64,000 bases of DNA from Vulcanimicrobiota bacterium (lineage in GTDB: Bacteria > Vulcanimicrobiota > Vulcanimicrobiia > Vulcanimicrobiales > Vulcanimicrobiaceae), in the NCBI GenBank assembly GCA_963795855.1, contig CAWCIZ010000001.1, positions 192,001 through 256,000 of the forward strand, written 5' to 3'. The notes beneath the pieces were generated by a model that was given only the letters and a program-made list of their open reading frames with translations, made no database searches and was not told the DNA's origin. A program made the translations under genes and the position numbers. Shown here piece by piece: positions 1 to 10,946 of this stretch; position 1 is the stretch's first letter, and each line of letters begins with the position of its first letter.

Positions 1-3
1 TAG

Positions 4-1119
4 ATGACACGAGCGTTCTGTAAACTCGCGGCCGTGCTGCTGGGCGCGGCGATCTCTCTAGCGCCGCTCGCTTCGCGTGCGGCCTTCATGGCCGATCCGG
101 TAAAGCTCTACAATGAGATGATGGCGGCCTACACTCGGGGCAACCAGCAAGGCTGGACGTTTTACAACCAAGAATACTACCTCTCGACGATCTTCAATGC
201 GGGCCGCGCCTATTCACTGCAGCGCTCCTCGGACCCGCAATACGCGAAAATCGAGCAGATGACCGTCGACATCGCATCCTCGCTTCATTACGATCCGCTG
301 ATCAATCACGAGGCGGTTCCGTGGTACGTGCGGGAAGCGGCGGTGTACGTGCAGCGCAACAATCCGGATCCGGCGGAAGTCGACAAAGCGAAAGCCCTTC
401 TGGCGCGCGTCGATGCGCTCGAGGATCCCGCCGCCATGGCGGAATTCGCGGACTCCGATGCAGCAGCTGTTTTGGAGCAGTACCCGCACGACACGAACGC
501 GCAGCTCCTGCGCGTGGAGGCGAATTGGCGCGGCTGGGTGCTCACGCAGGATCCGTCGTGGCGAAGTCTCGCGCTCGCCCGCGCGAACGATAAGGATTTT
601 CCGCTCGCAGATCTGCCCGCGACATGGGGCCCGGAATTCCTGAACGCCATCCACAATGCGGCCGCGGGCGCGGAGGGGTACACGGAAGGCGATCAGACGA
701 ATGCGAAGGCGCTGGAAGCGCGCATCGCACAACTGCCGCAGTTGAAGACGATCGCGAGCATCAACGCGGAAACGCACGCTCGAATCATGTCGACGCTGGC
801 GCCCGCGGACGAGTATTTCGGTCCGATGGGGATGTCGATTCTGGGCATACGGAACGAACTGAACCGCGTGAATTATCTCATCGGCTACGGCTACGCCCGC
901 CAGGAGAGCCCGATGGCCGTTCAGGTCGCCGTCGCGATCGACGACCTGCACAAAGTATATCCGCGCGATCGCGATTTGCCGCAGTTGCTGTTCGACGTCT
1001 ATTCGACCTTGCAGAAGATCGATACGGCCGATGCAAAGGCCGCAAGGCAGCATATCCGCGGCATTCTGACCGTTGAGTATCAGGATACCAAGCAGGCGCA
1101 CGACGTTTTAACGGGGTAG
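4..1119 (+). CDS. Secreted hypothetical protein (helical), signal peptide
   Basis: 371-aa ORF with N-terminal signal peptide (KLAAVLLGAAISLAPLASRA) and coding-like codon usage; no family recognised. Confidence 0.75.
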   Translation: MTRAFCKLAAVLLGAAISLAPLASRAAFMADPVKLYNEMMAAYTRGNQQGWTFYNQEYYLSTIFNAGRAYSLQRSSDPQYAKIEQMTVDIASSLHYDPLINHEAVPWYVREAAVYVQRNNPDPAEVDKAKALLARVDALEDPAAMAEFADSDAAAVLEQYPHDTNAQLLRVEANWRGWVLTQDPSWRSLALARANDKDFPLADLPATWGPEFLNAIHNAAAGAEGYTEGDQTNAKALEARIAQLPQLKTIASINAETHARIMSTLAPADEYFGPMGMSILGIRNELNRVNYLIGYGYARQESPMAVQVAVAIDDLHKVYPRDRDLPQLLFDVYSTLQKIDTADAKAARQHIRGILTVEYQDTKQAHDVLTG

Positions 1120-1192
1120 CGCCTGCTAGAAACAAATCGCTGTCCCACTGGTAGAGACTCCTAAGCCGCTTAGCAGCCGACTTGGGGGTAGT

Positions 1193-1387
1193 ATGATGCA
1201 GCAATTCGTTCTCTGCCGCAATATCGTCGACGACGCCGAATGCAGCGTGGTCGTCGGCGCCGACACGTTGGAAGAACTCGTAGAGGCCGCTATCGAGCAT
1301 GCGCATGCGACCCATGCGGAAGAAGACACCCCGGCTTTGCGCGAGCGAGTGAAGCACAGTATCAAGTTATCCGGCGCGGGCGTATAA
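1193..1387 (+). CDS. DUF1059-family small metal-binding protein
   Basis: C..C..A.T.EEL..A.EHA...H pattern typical of DUF1059. Confidence 0.7.
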   Translation: MMQQFVLCRNIVDDAECSVVVGADTLEELVEAAIEHAHATHAEEDTPALRERVKHSIKLSGAGV

Positions 1388-1422
1388 TGAGCTGCCACTT
1401 GGTGGCGAAACGGATGGTTGAC

Positions 1423-1620
1423 ATGACCCGTAAGTTCATTGACTGTCGCGCGTATCCGAGCGATAGCCACTGCAGCGTTGAAATATCGGCAGACCGCGAA
1501 GACGAACTCATCGAAGCCGCGACGGTACACGCGGTTCAGGCGCACAAGCACGCCGATTCACCGGAACTGCGTCGCTGGCTTCAGGACGCCGTTCAATCTC
1601 GGGAAGAAGCGCTGACGTAG
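1423..1620 (+). CDS. DUF1059-family small metal-binding protein (paralogue 2)
   Basis: MTRKFIDCRAYPSDSHCSVEISADREDELIEAATVHAVQAH, the DUF1059 signature. Confidence 0.8.
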   Translation: MTRKFIDCRAYPSDSHCSVEISADREDELIEAATVHAVQAHKHADSPELRRWLQDAVQSREEALT

Positions 1621-1796
1621 CGCGCTACCGCAGCCCTAACCAAAGCCTTTAAAGGCGGCACGCACCCACACCGGCACGCCTCTCCACTTTCACTCTTCAA
1701 CCACGTTGGGGCCGGCCTGTTTGATGGCGCCCGAATTGCGCGAGCTACTCGCCGGGCCAATCGTCGATCTCGTTGATGCGCTCGTCGATCACCATC

Positions 1797-3090
1797 TCAC
1801 AGTGCCGCTAGCGACCCTTCCAGCGCGCGCAAGAACTCCGTGCAGTCATCCGCGGTGAAGATCAGCGGCGGCTGGATGCGAAGGACGTTTCCGAAGCGGC
1901 CGCCCTTGCCGACCAGTACGCCGCGTTTGCGCATCTCGTCCACGACGCGCGTCGTTTCTGCGGTTGCGTACGCTTTCGTTTCGCGGTCCTTCACGAGTTC
2001 GACGCCGATCATCAGACCGCGTCCGCGCACGTCGCCGATTAACGGATAGCGTTTTTGCAGGTCGCGCAGGCCGGCCAGAAGCGTTTCACCTTGGCGCTTC
2101 GCGTTGCCGATCAGATCGCGCTTTTCGATGACGTCGATCGTAACGCTTGCCGCGCGGCTGGCGAGCGGATTTCCGCCGAACGTGTTGATGTGCGGGCCTT
2201 TGAATACGTCCGCAAGTTCCGGGCGCGTGATCGTTATGCCGATCGGCACGCCGCTTCCCAAGCCTTTCGCGGATGTGATGATGTCCGGAATTACGCCGTA
2301 ACTGGACACCATGCCGAACATGCCGTCTCCGAGGCGTCCCCACCCCGCTTGCACTTCGTCCGCGATCAGCAGGGTGCCGAACGGTTCGAGCGTCTCTTTG
2401 AGAACCTTGAAATACTCGTCGGGCGGCGTGATGATTCCGCCGACGCCGGCAACCGTTTCCGCAATCATTGCGGCGGGCGCGCCGCTGGTCTGCGTTTCGA
2501 TGACGCGCTTTGCTGCGCGCGCGCACGCAAGTTCGCATGACGGAGACTTCGAGGCCGAGCGGGCAGCGATAGCAGTACGGACTCGGAACGAACGCGACGT
2601 GCGGATATTCTGCGGCGAAATTGCGCCAGTTGCTCTGGCCCGCGAGCGCGACGGTGTAGACGGTGCGTCCGTGGTAGGCCTGTTCCAGCGCCAGAAAATC
2701 GAGCGACTTGCGCGCCGTGCGCGCTACCAGCGTCGCCATTTCGTTCGCTTCCGAACCGGAGTTGCTGAAGAAACTCTTCGTCATGCCTTCAGGCGCGACG
2801 CGCGCGACCGTTTCCGCTAAGTCCAGCATTTCGTCCGTGAGATAGAGCGTGGAGACGTGAACGAGCTTCTTCGCTTGATCCGCCACGGCTTGCGCGACTT
2901 CGGTGTCGCCGTAACCGACGGTGTTCGTGGCGATGCCCGCGAACGCGTCCAAGTACTCGTTGCCCGCGTCGTCTTTGACGTGCGTGCCTTCACCGCCGAT
3001 GAGCGTGATCGGCTCGTCGTAATACGTTTGCTGCGCGGCGAAGAGATGTTTGCGCGCGCGTTCCGCGTTGGTGGTCTTGAGGGTCTGCAT
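1797..3090 (-). CDS. Class-III PLP aminotransferase (probable beta-alanine aminotransferase); one frameshift near 2545
   Basis: YLDAFAGIA, FSNSGSEANE, LIADEVQAGWGR, TSAKGLG, NTFGGNP; split over ORFs 2086-3090 and 1797-2468; last gene of the pyrimidine catabolic operon. Confidence 0.88.
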
Positions 3091-3094
3091 GCGT

Positions 3095-4564
3095 TCACGC
3101 CTCCGTCGGCAGCAGCGTTGTGGTTTCGGTTTCGGTTTCGCCGGCCGTCGAACGTTCTCCGCGCATGAGTATCCAATACGCCGCTAGTCCGCCGACCAGG
3201 CTGAATATCCAGCCGCCGCTCCACAAGAAATGGACGGCGGGAACGAAGAATCCGACTAGGGTCAAAATCCATCCGGCAAGCAGCGCGCCGATCGCGCGCA
3301 CGTTCACGCCCTTGGCGTACGAATAGATTCCGCCGGGCGTGTAGAGTTGGGCCAAGTCGATGCGCCGCTTTCGCACGAGCCAGTAGTCGGCGATTGCAAT
3401 GCCGTCGAACGCGCCGAGCATTGCGCCGTACGTGCCCAGCCACGTGAAGATGTACGCGCCGTACGTCTCGAGCATGCGCCACGGCTCCATCGCCAGACTC
3501 AGCAGCCCGGTAAGCACGGCACCGATCGCAAACGTAATGTACCGGGGCCAGAGATTTTCGAAAGCGCGCGCGGGCGCCATAACGTTGGCTCCGACGTTGA
3601 TCGTTACCGAGGAAAGGATGACGATGATGCCTGCGATGATGACGACCGGCGTCGGGAACTTCGTGATGAGTTGAACCGGATTCCACAGCGCCGTTCCGAA
3701 GAGCAGAACGGTTGCCGACGTGACGGCGATGCCGACGAAGGAGAAGAGCGCCATCGTGAGCGGCATGGATACGGTCTGTCCGATCATTTGGCCGCGCTGC
3801 GAACGTGCGTACCGCGTGTAATCGGGAATGTTCAACGCCATCGTCGCCCAAAACGCTATGACGCCGACGACGGACGGATAAAACGCATTCCAGAACGCCG
3901 GGCCGTGAATCTTCGCCGGCGTCGCCAGCATCGGTCCGAATCCGCCCGCGCTCGTGGCCGCCCATACCAGCAGCGCGACCGCACCGGCGCCGACGGTCGG
4001 CGCAGCGATCTGCGCGAGCCTGCCGATTGCTTGCGGCCCGCGCATTGCAATCGCGACGTTGATCACCCAGAAGATCAGAAACGCGAATCCGAGGTGGAAT
4101 GACCAGCCGTGCCATGCCGGCGCGGTGCGCAAAAGTATCGCGTCGAGTGCTTGTCCGCCGAACCACGAATTTATTCCGAACCATCCTGCAGCGATGACCG
4201 CGCGGGCCAGCGCCGGAATGTGCGCGCCGCGCGTTCCGAACCAAAGCCGGGCGAAAACCGGGTACGGAATGCCGTACTTCGTGCCGGCGTGTGAGACGAG
4301 CAAAATCGCTCCGAGGACGATGCAGCTCCCGGTAAAGACGGTGAGCACCGATTCCCACCAGTTCATGCCGAGCGCGATCATGCCGCTTGCGAGCGAATAC
4401 GTGGGCAGGCACAAGCACATGCCGACCCAGAGTGCGGCGAATTTCGAGCCCGGCCAGGAATGTTCCGCGAGCGTACACGGACGCAGGTCTTCGTTCCACA
4501 TCGACGCGTTCTGCGCAAGCTTGGCTTGCGCTTGCGGACTTAGAACGACGATATCGCCGGCCAT
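3095..4564 (-). CDS. NCS1 nucleobase:cation symporter
   Basis: LWVGM, GTKYGIPYPVFAR, WFGINSW, NIPDYTRYA, WNPV motifs; multi-TM; true start ATG at 4564. Confidence 0.92.
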   Translation of the reverse strand: MAGDIVVLSPQAQAKLAQNASMWNEDLRPCTLAEHSWPGSKFAALWVGMCLCLPTYSLASGMIALGMNWWESVLTVFTGSCIVLGAILLVSHAGTKYGIPYPVFARLWFGTRGAHIPALARAVIAAGWFGINSWFGGQALDAILLRTAPAWHGWSFHLGFAFLIFWVINVAIAMRGPQAIGRLAQIAAPTVGAGAVALLVWAATSAGGFGPMLATPAKIHGPAFWNAFYPSVVGVIAFWATMALNIPDYTRYARSQRGQMIGQTVSMPLTMALFSFVGIAVTSATVLLFGTALWNPVQLITKFPTPVVIIAGIIVILSSVTINVGANVMAPARAFENLWPRYITFAIGAVLTGLLSLAMEPWRMLETYGAYIFTWLGTYGAMLGAFDGIAIADYWLVRKRRIDLAQLYTPGGIYSYAKGVNVRAIGALLAGWILTLVGFFVPAVHFLWSGGWIFSLVGGLAAYWILMRGERSTAGETETETTTLLPTEA

Positions 4565-5449
4565 TACACTTCCACGAGGTCGTCGTACGTTTCGGGGCGC
4601 CGGTCGCGGTAGAATTGCCACGTGTTGCGGACTTGCGTGATCGTCTCGCGATCCATCACGCCGATGACCACCTCGTCCCGATCTCGGCTCGCCGTTGCAA
4701 CGAACTGGCCGCGCGGATCCACGAGATACGATTGCCCGTAGAATTCGCCCATGTCCCATGGCTTTTCGTAGCCGACGCGATTGATCGCGCCGACGTAGTA
4801 GCCGTTCGCCACCGCGTGCGCGGGCTGTTCGAGCTTCCAAAGATATTCGGAAAGGCCCGCGACGGTCGCGGACGGATTGAACACGATCTCCGCGCCGTGC
4901 AATCCCAGCATTCGCGCGCCCTCGGGGAAGTGCCGGTCGTAACAAATGTACACGCCGACTTTCGCAAATGCCGTTTCGAAAACGGGATAGCCGAGGTTCC
5001 CCGGCCGGAAATAATACTTCTCCCAGAAGCCGCATCCGGCCGGCCCGGCCTGCACCTGCGGAAGATGATGTTTGCGATACTTGCCAAGATACGTGCCGTC
5101 CGCGTCGATGACCGCCGCGGTGTTGTAATACACGCCGGAAAATTCTTCTTCGTACATCGGCGCGACGATCGCGATCCCGAGTTCCTTGGCCAGGTCCTGC
5201 ATCAAGCGCGTCGTCGGGCCGTCCGGGATCTGCTCGACGGCCCCATACCATTTCGTCGTCTGCTCCGTGCAGAAATACGGGCCATAGAATAATTCTTGCA
5301 GGCAGACGATCTGCGCGCCGCGCTGCTTTGGCCTCGCGAATCAGGCGAACGTGCTTTTCGATCGCGTTTTTCTTGTGCGTCTCGACCGGCTCGCCGCCGT
5401 CCGTGTCGTGATGCGCTTGAACCAGGCCGATGCTGACTTTGCCGTCCAC
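4564..5449 (-). CDS. Nitrilase-family beta-ureidopropionase (N-carbamoyl-beta-alanine amidohydrolase); frameshift near 5325
   Basis: CN-hydrolase triad motifs CLQELFYGPYF, YRKHHLP, ICYDRHFPEG; lies after hydA. Confidence 0.88.
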
Positions 5450-5459
5450 GTACTGCTCC

Positions 5460-6851
5460 TTAGAGTGAGACTGGGAAAAAACGATCGCTTTTGACGTGCT
5501 TGCCGGCGCCCTTCGCGCCGAGGAACTTATCCGATTCGACGACCTTACGGCCGCGTGAGAAGACGTAGCGGGGACGCCCTTCGATCGTCATGCCGTCGAA
5601 GACGTTGTTGTCCACGTTCATGTGATGGGTCTTCGCAGAGATCGTGCGTTTTTCGCGCGGATCCCAGACGACGATGTCCGCATCGCTCCCGGCCGCAATC
5701 GTGCCCTTTCGCGGAAACAAACCGAAAAGTTTCGCCGCATTCGTGCTGCCGAGCGCAACGAAATTGTTCAGGCCGAGCACCTTGCGGTTTACGCCGACCT
5801 CGTAGAGAATCGAGAGGCGGTCTTCGATCGTCGGCGCGCCGTTCGGGATCTTCGAGAAGTCGTTCTTGCCGAGATCTTTCTGCCCGCACAAGTTGAACGA
5901 GCAATGATCGGAGCCGAACGCGTGCAGTTCCAGATTCTTCAGTTTGCGCAGCAGCACGGCCTGGTTCCACTTGTCTCGGATGGGCGGAGATAGCACGTAC
6001 TTCGCGCCTTCGAAATCCGGCCGCTCGTAATCCGAAAAATCGCAGACCAGATATTGCGGGCACGTTTCGCCGTAGATGTTCAGGCCGCGTTTACGCCCGT
6101 CTGAAATGGCGTCGGCGGCCATCGCGCTGGAAACGTGCACGACGTAGAGCGGTGCGCCGGCAATCTCGGCCAATCGGATGGCGCGGTGCGTCGCCTCGCC
6201 CTCGCACTCCACGGGGCGCGTGAGCGCATGCCATTTCGGCTCCGTCTTTCCCGACGCGAGAGCCTGCTTGGTGATGACTTCGATCACATCGCCGTTTTCC
6301 GCGTGCACTTGCACGAGGCCGCCGTGCGCCGCGCAGGTCTGCAGCGTCTTGAAGATCGTCTCGTCGTCCACTTGCAGGACGTGCTTGTACGCCATGAAGA
6401 CTTTGAAGGAGTTCACGCCGTGCTCGCCGATCATGCGCGGAATCTCCGCCATCGTCTCTTCGCGCCCGTCTGCGATGGTCAGATGGAACGCGTAGTCCAC
6501 GCACGCTTTGCCGGAAGCCTTTTCGTGCCACGTGTCGAGCGCGCTTTTGAGCGAGTTGCCGCGCGTATGCAGTGCGAAATCCACGATGGTCGTCGTCCCG
6601 CCCATTGCCGCAGCGCGCGTGCCGCTTTCGAAATCGTCGGCGGTAATGGTTCCGCCGAAGGGCATGTCCAAGTGCGTATGCGGATCGATGCCGCCCGGGA
6701 AGAGATAAGCGTCCGACGCATCCACCACTTCGTGCTTCGAACCATCCAGGTTCAGCCCGATCGTAGAGATCGTTTCGCCCTCGACGAGGACGTCGCCGCG
6801 ATAGGTGTCCGTCGCGGTGACGATCGTTCCGCCGCGTATGAGTGTGCCCAA
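5460..6851 (-). CDS. hydA: Dihydropyrimidinase
   Basis: PGGIDPHTHLDMPF, SFKVFMAYK, VHAENG, SDHCSF, IPNGAP. Confidence 0.95.
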   Translation of the reverse strand: MGTLIRGGTIVTATDTYRGDVLVEGETISTIGLNLDGSKHEVVDASDAYLFPGGIDPHTHLDMPFGGTITADDFESGTRAAAMGGTTTIVDFALHTRGNSLKSALDTWHEKASGKACVDYAFHLTIADGREETMAEIPRMIGEHGVNSFKVFMAYKHVLQVDDETIFKTLQTCAAHGGLVQVHAENGDVIEVITKQALASGKTEPKWHALTRPVECEGEATHRAIRLAEIAGAPLYVVHVSSAMAADAISDGRKRGLNIYGETCPQYLVCDFSDYERPDFEGAKYVLSPPIRDKWNQAVLLRKLKNLELHAFGSDHCSFNLCGQKDLGKNDFSKIPNGAPTIEDRLSILYEVGVNRKVLGLNNFVALGSTNAAKLFGLFPRKGTIAAGSDADIVVWDPREKRTISAKTHHMNVDNNVFDGMTIEGRPRYVFSRGRKVVESDKFLGAKGAGKHVKSDRFFPVSL

Positions 6852-6861
6852 CCTTCGTACC

Positions 6862-8118
6862 TCAGGATGACAGCGTGTGGTGTTGACGTTCCTTCCAGGA
6901 CTCCGGTGCCAAGCCGGTATCGATTTCGACCATTTCGATGCAGTTCTCGACGGGGCACACCATTTGGCACAAGTTGCAGCCGACGCAGTGCTCTTCGTCG
7001 ACTACTACCATCGCCGAGCCGTTCTGCGTAATGCGATCGATGCACTGATGCGCGGCGTCTTCGCACGCGATATAGCACTTGTTGCAGCGGATGCACTTGT
7101 CCTGATCGATGCGCGCGACGATCTTGTAGTTGAGATTCAGGTTTTCCCACGTCGTGATGCGATCTTTAGCGGCGCCCACCAGGTCGTTCACGCTGCCGGC
7201 GCCGCGCGTGTCGAGGTAATTCGACAAGCCCTCGATCAGGTCGCCGACGATGCGAAAACCGTGATGCATCACCGCAGTGCAGACCTGAACGTTCGTCGCG
7301 CCCAGCGCGAGAAACTCGACCGCGTCCGTCCACGTTTCGACGCCGCCGATTCCGGAGATCGGCAAACGAACCTGTGGATCGCGCGCGCACTCGTTCACCA
7401 TGTTGAGCGCGATCGGCTTGACGGCGGGGCCGCAGTAGCCTCCATGGCTGCTCTTTCCGTCCACGTGCGGAATCGGATTGAGCGTCTCGAGATCGACGCC
7501 GATGATGCTGTTGATCGTGTTGATGAGGCTGATGGCGTCGGCGCCGCCTTGCGCCGCGCCGCGCGCAGCCCAGCGAATGTCCGTGATATTCGGCGTGAGT
7601 TTCACGATGACGGGCACCCGCGCGACCTCTTTGACCCATTCCGCCACTTGCGCGATGAGGTCGGCGTGCTGGCCGACCGCGGAACCCATTCCGCGCTCGC
7701 TCATGCCGTGCGGACAGCCGAAATTCAATTCGAATCCGTCGATGTCCACTTCTTGCACGCGTTTGACCAGGTCGTGCCACGCATCGCGCTCGCACGTTTC
7801 CATCAGCGATGCGATCACCGCGCGATCGGGAAAAGCGCGCTTGCACTCGGCGATTTCTTTGAGATTCTCTTCGAGCGGACGATCCGTGATCAGCTCGATG
7901 TTGTTCATCGCCAGCATCTGGTTCTGCTTGTAATTCAGCGCGGCGAAGCGCGAGGTGACGTTGACGATCGGCGTCCCGAGCGTTTTCCAAACCGCGCCGC
8001 CCCAGCCGGCCTCGAAGGCGCGCATGACTTGGTAGCCGCTGTTGGTCGGCGGCGCGGACGCAAGCCAAAACGGATTCGGGCTTTTGATTCCCGCAAGATT
8101 GGACGAGAGATCAGCCAT
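6862..8118 (-). CDS. preA: NAD-dependent dihydropyrimidine dehydrogenase subunit PreA
   Basis: NPFWLASAPPT, ELNFGCPHGMSERGMG, KLTPNITD, C-terminal 2x[4Fe-4S] motifs; start ATG 8118. Confidence 0.95.
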   Translation of the reverse strand: MADLSSNLAGIKSPNPFWLASAPPTNSGYQVMRAFEAGWGGAVWKTLGTPIVNVTSRFAALNYKQNQMLAMNNIELITDRPLEENLKEIAECKRAFPDRAVIASLMETCERDAWHDLVKRVQEVDIDGFELNFGCPHGMSERGMGSAVGQHADLIAQVAEWVKEVARVPVIVKLTPNITDIRWAARGAAQGGADAISLINTINSIIGVDLETLNPIPHVDGKSSHGGYCGPAVKPIALNMVNECARDPQVRLPISGIGGVETWTDAVEFLALGATNVQVCTAVMHHGFRIVGDLIEGLSNYLDTRGAGSVNDLVGAAKDRITTWENLNLNYKIVARIDQDKCIRCNKCYIACEDAAHQCIDRITQNGSAMVVVDEEHCVGCNLCQMVCPVENCIEMVEIDTGLAPESWKERQHHTLSS

Positions 8119-9421
8119 TGTCGCCCCGTTCGGAAAGGTAGCCGTCAACGCTGCGCGCCGCGATTTTGCCTTGCTCCGCAGCCTCGACCACCATCGCTTC
8201 GCGCGAGCCTTTCGCGAAAATGCAATCGCCGGCGGCGAAGATTCCCGGCCGCGTCGTTTGGAGATTCGCATCGACGCGCAGCACGCCGCCGTCGTGCGCG
8301 ACGCCCAGATGCTCCAGCGTCTCGAGCAGCCGGCTTTGCCCGATCGCCCGAATCACCGTATCCGCGGCTTCGGTGAATTCCGTGCCCGGAATCGGCCGCG
8401 CGTCGGCGGTCGTTCGCACGAATTCGACCGCCGTTACACGGCCCGCTTCGCCGACGATGCGCACCGGCGCGCAGAAGAAGCGGAACTCGATGCCTTCGTG
8501 TTTTGCGAATTCGTATTCGAACTCGTACGCGGTCATTTGCGCTTCGCCGCGCCGGTAGTAACACGTGACGCGAGCGTCTTCGCGTCCACTTTGCCGCAGA
8601 AGGCGTTTGCTGCAGGTGAGCGCGTCGATGGCGGTGTTGCCCGCGCCGACGACGGCAACGCGCGAACCGAGATGGCCGGTGTCTTGGCCGAGTTTGGCGC
8701 GTTCGATGAACTCGAGCGCATCCCACACGCCGGGCAAATCTTCGCCCGGAATGCCGAGCTTGGGGACGGCGCCCATTCCGCACGCGACGACGAGCGCGTC
8801 GTACCGCGCGATGAGGTCTTCAGCCCTGACGTCCACGCCGACGCGCGTGCACGTGCGAACGTCGACGCCCATGCGTACGACTTGCTGCGCCTCCCAAAGC
8901 GCCGTGTCGATGTCCAGGCGGAACGGCACGATTCCGTAGGTGTTCAGGCCGCCCAACTCGTCTTTGGCGTCGAAAATCGTCACCGCATGTCCCAGACGGC
9001 GCAAATCCCGTGCTGCGGAAAGGCCGGCCGGTCCACCGCCGATGACGCCGACGTGCTTGCCGGTCGGCGGTCCCGGTTCGAACAGCGTGAGATCGTTGTG
9101 CATCGCGAAGTCCACCGCGTAGCGCTGCAGATCTCCGATGCGAATCGGGGAATCGCCCGCGGCGTGGTAGACGCACGCGCCCTCGCACAGCTGTTCGGTG
9201 GGGCAGACGCGCGCGCAGCTCGCACCCATCGGGTTTGCGTCCATGATCGTGCGGGCGCTGCCTTTTACGTTGCCGCTCGTAATTTTGCCGATGAACCCCG
9301 GCACGTCGATATGCGTCGGACACGCGTGCATGCACGGCGCGTCGTAACAGTTTAGGCACCGGTTCGCTTCCAGTTTGACTTCGACGCCGGAGAGCGGCCG
9401 GTGTATCGATTCGCCGAGCAT
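8111..9421 (-). CDS. preT: Dihydropyrimidine dehydrogenase subunit PreT (GltD-like)
   Basis: EANRCLNCYDAPC, CARVCPTEQLCEGAC, GGGPAG, GAGNTAID; directly upstream of preA. Confidence 0.9.
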   Translation of the reverse strand: MLGESIHRPLSGVEVKLEANRCLNCYDAPCMHACPTHIDVPGFIGKITSGNVKGSARTIMDANPMGASCARVCPTEQLCEGACVYHAAGDSPIRIGDLQRYAVDFAMHNDLTLFEPGPPTGKHVGVIGGGPAGLSAARDLRRLGHAVTIFDAKDELGGLNTYGIVPFRLDIDTALWEAQQVVRMGVDVRTCTRVGVDVRAEDLIARYDALVVACGMGAVPKLGIPGEDLPGVWDALEFIERAKLGQDTGHLGSRVAVVGAGNTAIDALTCSKRLLRQSGREDARVTCYYRRGEAQMTAYEFEYEFAKHEGIEFRFFCAPVRIVGEAGRVTAVEFVRTTADARPIPGTEFTEAADTVIRAIGQSRLLETLEHLGVAHDGGVLRVDANLQTTRPGIFAAGDCIFAKGSREAMVVEAAEQGKIAARSVDGYLSERGDNG

Positions 9422-9431
9422 TCGTACCTCT

Positions 9432-10940
9432 TTATTTATGCGTTGGAAAACCGAGATTCATGCCGGCGTTGTTCTCGGTCCACCGGCTGGTCACGACTTT
9501 GCCGCGCGTGTAGAAGCGGAAGCCGTCTTCGCCGTACACGTGCAAATCGCCGAAAAGCGACGCCTTCCAGCCGCCGAAGCTGTAATAGCCGACGGGCACG
9601 GGGATCGGCACGTTGATTCCGACCATGCCGACGTCGACTTCGTTTTGAAATTTGCGGGCCGCTGCGCCGCTGCGCGTGAAGATCGCCGTTCCGTTTCCGT
9701 ACGGATTGTTGCGCAGAATCGCAAGCGCTTCATCGAGCGAATTCGCGCGCAGATTCACCAGGACGGGACCGAATATTTCTTCGCGATAGATCGACATCGA
9801 AGGCTGTACGCGGTCGAACAGCGTCGGCCCGATGAAGAAACCGCGCTCGTGGCCCGCCACTTGCAGATCGCGTCCGTCGGCCAGCAGTTGCGCACCCGCC
9901 TCCTCGCCCTCTGCGATTGCATTCGAAATTCGATCGCGCGCCGCGCCGGTCACGACCGGACCCATGTCGTTGTTGCGATCGTGACCCGGACCGATTTTCA
10001 GTTTTGCGATCCGCGCGAGCACACGTTCCATCAGCGCATCGCCGGCCTCGCCGACGGATACGCTGGCGGAAATCGCCATGCAGCGCTGGCCTGCCGAACC
10101 GTATGCAGCCGACACGAGCGCATCCGCGGCGGCGTCCAAATCCGCGTCCGGCATCACGACCATGTGGTTTTTCGCTCCGCCGAGCGCCTGAACGCGTTTG
10201 CCGTTGGCGGCTGCGGTTTCATAGATGTAACGCGCGATCGGCGTGGAGCCGACGAAACTGATCGCGGCCACGCCGGGATGCGCGAGCAGCGCGTCCACCG
10301 CCGCTTTGTCGCCGTGCACGACGTTGAAAATTCCCGCCGGCAAGCCGGCGCGTTGCAGCAGATCGGCCACGAGCAGCGAGGCCGACGGATCGCGTTCGGA
10401 CGGTTTGAGCACGAACGCATTTCCGCATGCGATCGCGATCGCGAACATCCACGCCGGGACCATCATCGGAAAGTTGAACGGCGTGATGCCGGCGCAAACG
10501 CCGAGCGGCTGACGCAGCGAATACGTGTCGACAGACGTTGAAACGTTCTCGCTCAGTTCGCCTTTGAGTTGGTGCGCGAGCGAACACGCGAAGTCGACGA
10601 CCTCGAGCGCCCGCGCTACTTCGCCTTCCGCGTCGCTGACGATCTTGCCGTGTTCGCGCGAAACGATCTCGGCAAAATCCGTGGCGTGCTCTTTGAGCAG
10701 CGCGCGAAAGCCGAACAGCACTTCCGCGCGTCTGCCGAGGGGAGTCGTGCTCCACGCGGGAAAAGCCGCGGCCGCTGCCCCGACGGCACGGTCCACCGTT
10801 GCCGCATCGGCAAACGCTACGCGCGCCTGCACCTCGCCGAGGGCAGGATTGTAGACCTCGCCGAAGCGCGCGGAGTCTTCTCCGTCGGGTTTGCCGGCGA
10901 TGTTGTGGAGTATCGTGCCGATTTTTGCGGGGGCTTGCAT
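9432..10940 (-). CDS. mmsA: CoA-acylating (methyl)malonate-semialdehyde dehydrogenase
   Basis: ITPFNFP, KPSERDP, GGAKNH, GSAGQRCMA, GINVPIPVP. Confidence 0.93.
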   Translation of the reverse strand: MQAPAKIGTILHNIAGKPDGEDSARFGEVYNPALGEVQARVAFADAATVDRAVGAAAAAFPAWSTTPLGRRAEVLFGFRALLKEHATDFAEIVSREHGKIVSDAEGEVARALEVVDFACSLAHQLKGELSENVSTSVDTYSLRQPLGVCAGITPFNFPMMVPAWMFAIAIACGNAFVLKPSERDPSASLLVADLLQRAGLPAGIFNVVHGDKAAVDALLAHPGVAAISFVGSTPIARYIYETAAANGKRVQALGGAKNHMVVMPDADLDAAADALVSAAYGSAGQRCMAISASVSVGEAGDALMERVLARIAKLKIGPGHDRNNDMGPVVTGAARDRISNAIAEGEEAGAQLLADGRDLQVAGHERGFFIGPTLFDRVQPSMSIYREEIFGPVLVNLRANSLDEALAILRNNPYGNGTAIFTRSGAAARKFQNEVDVGMVGINVPIPVPVGYYSFGGWKASLFGDLHVYGEDGFRFYTRGKVVTSRWTENNAGMNLGFPTHK

Positions 10941-10946
10941 ACGAGG

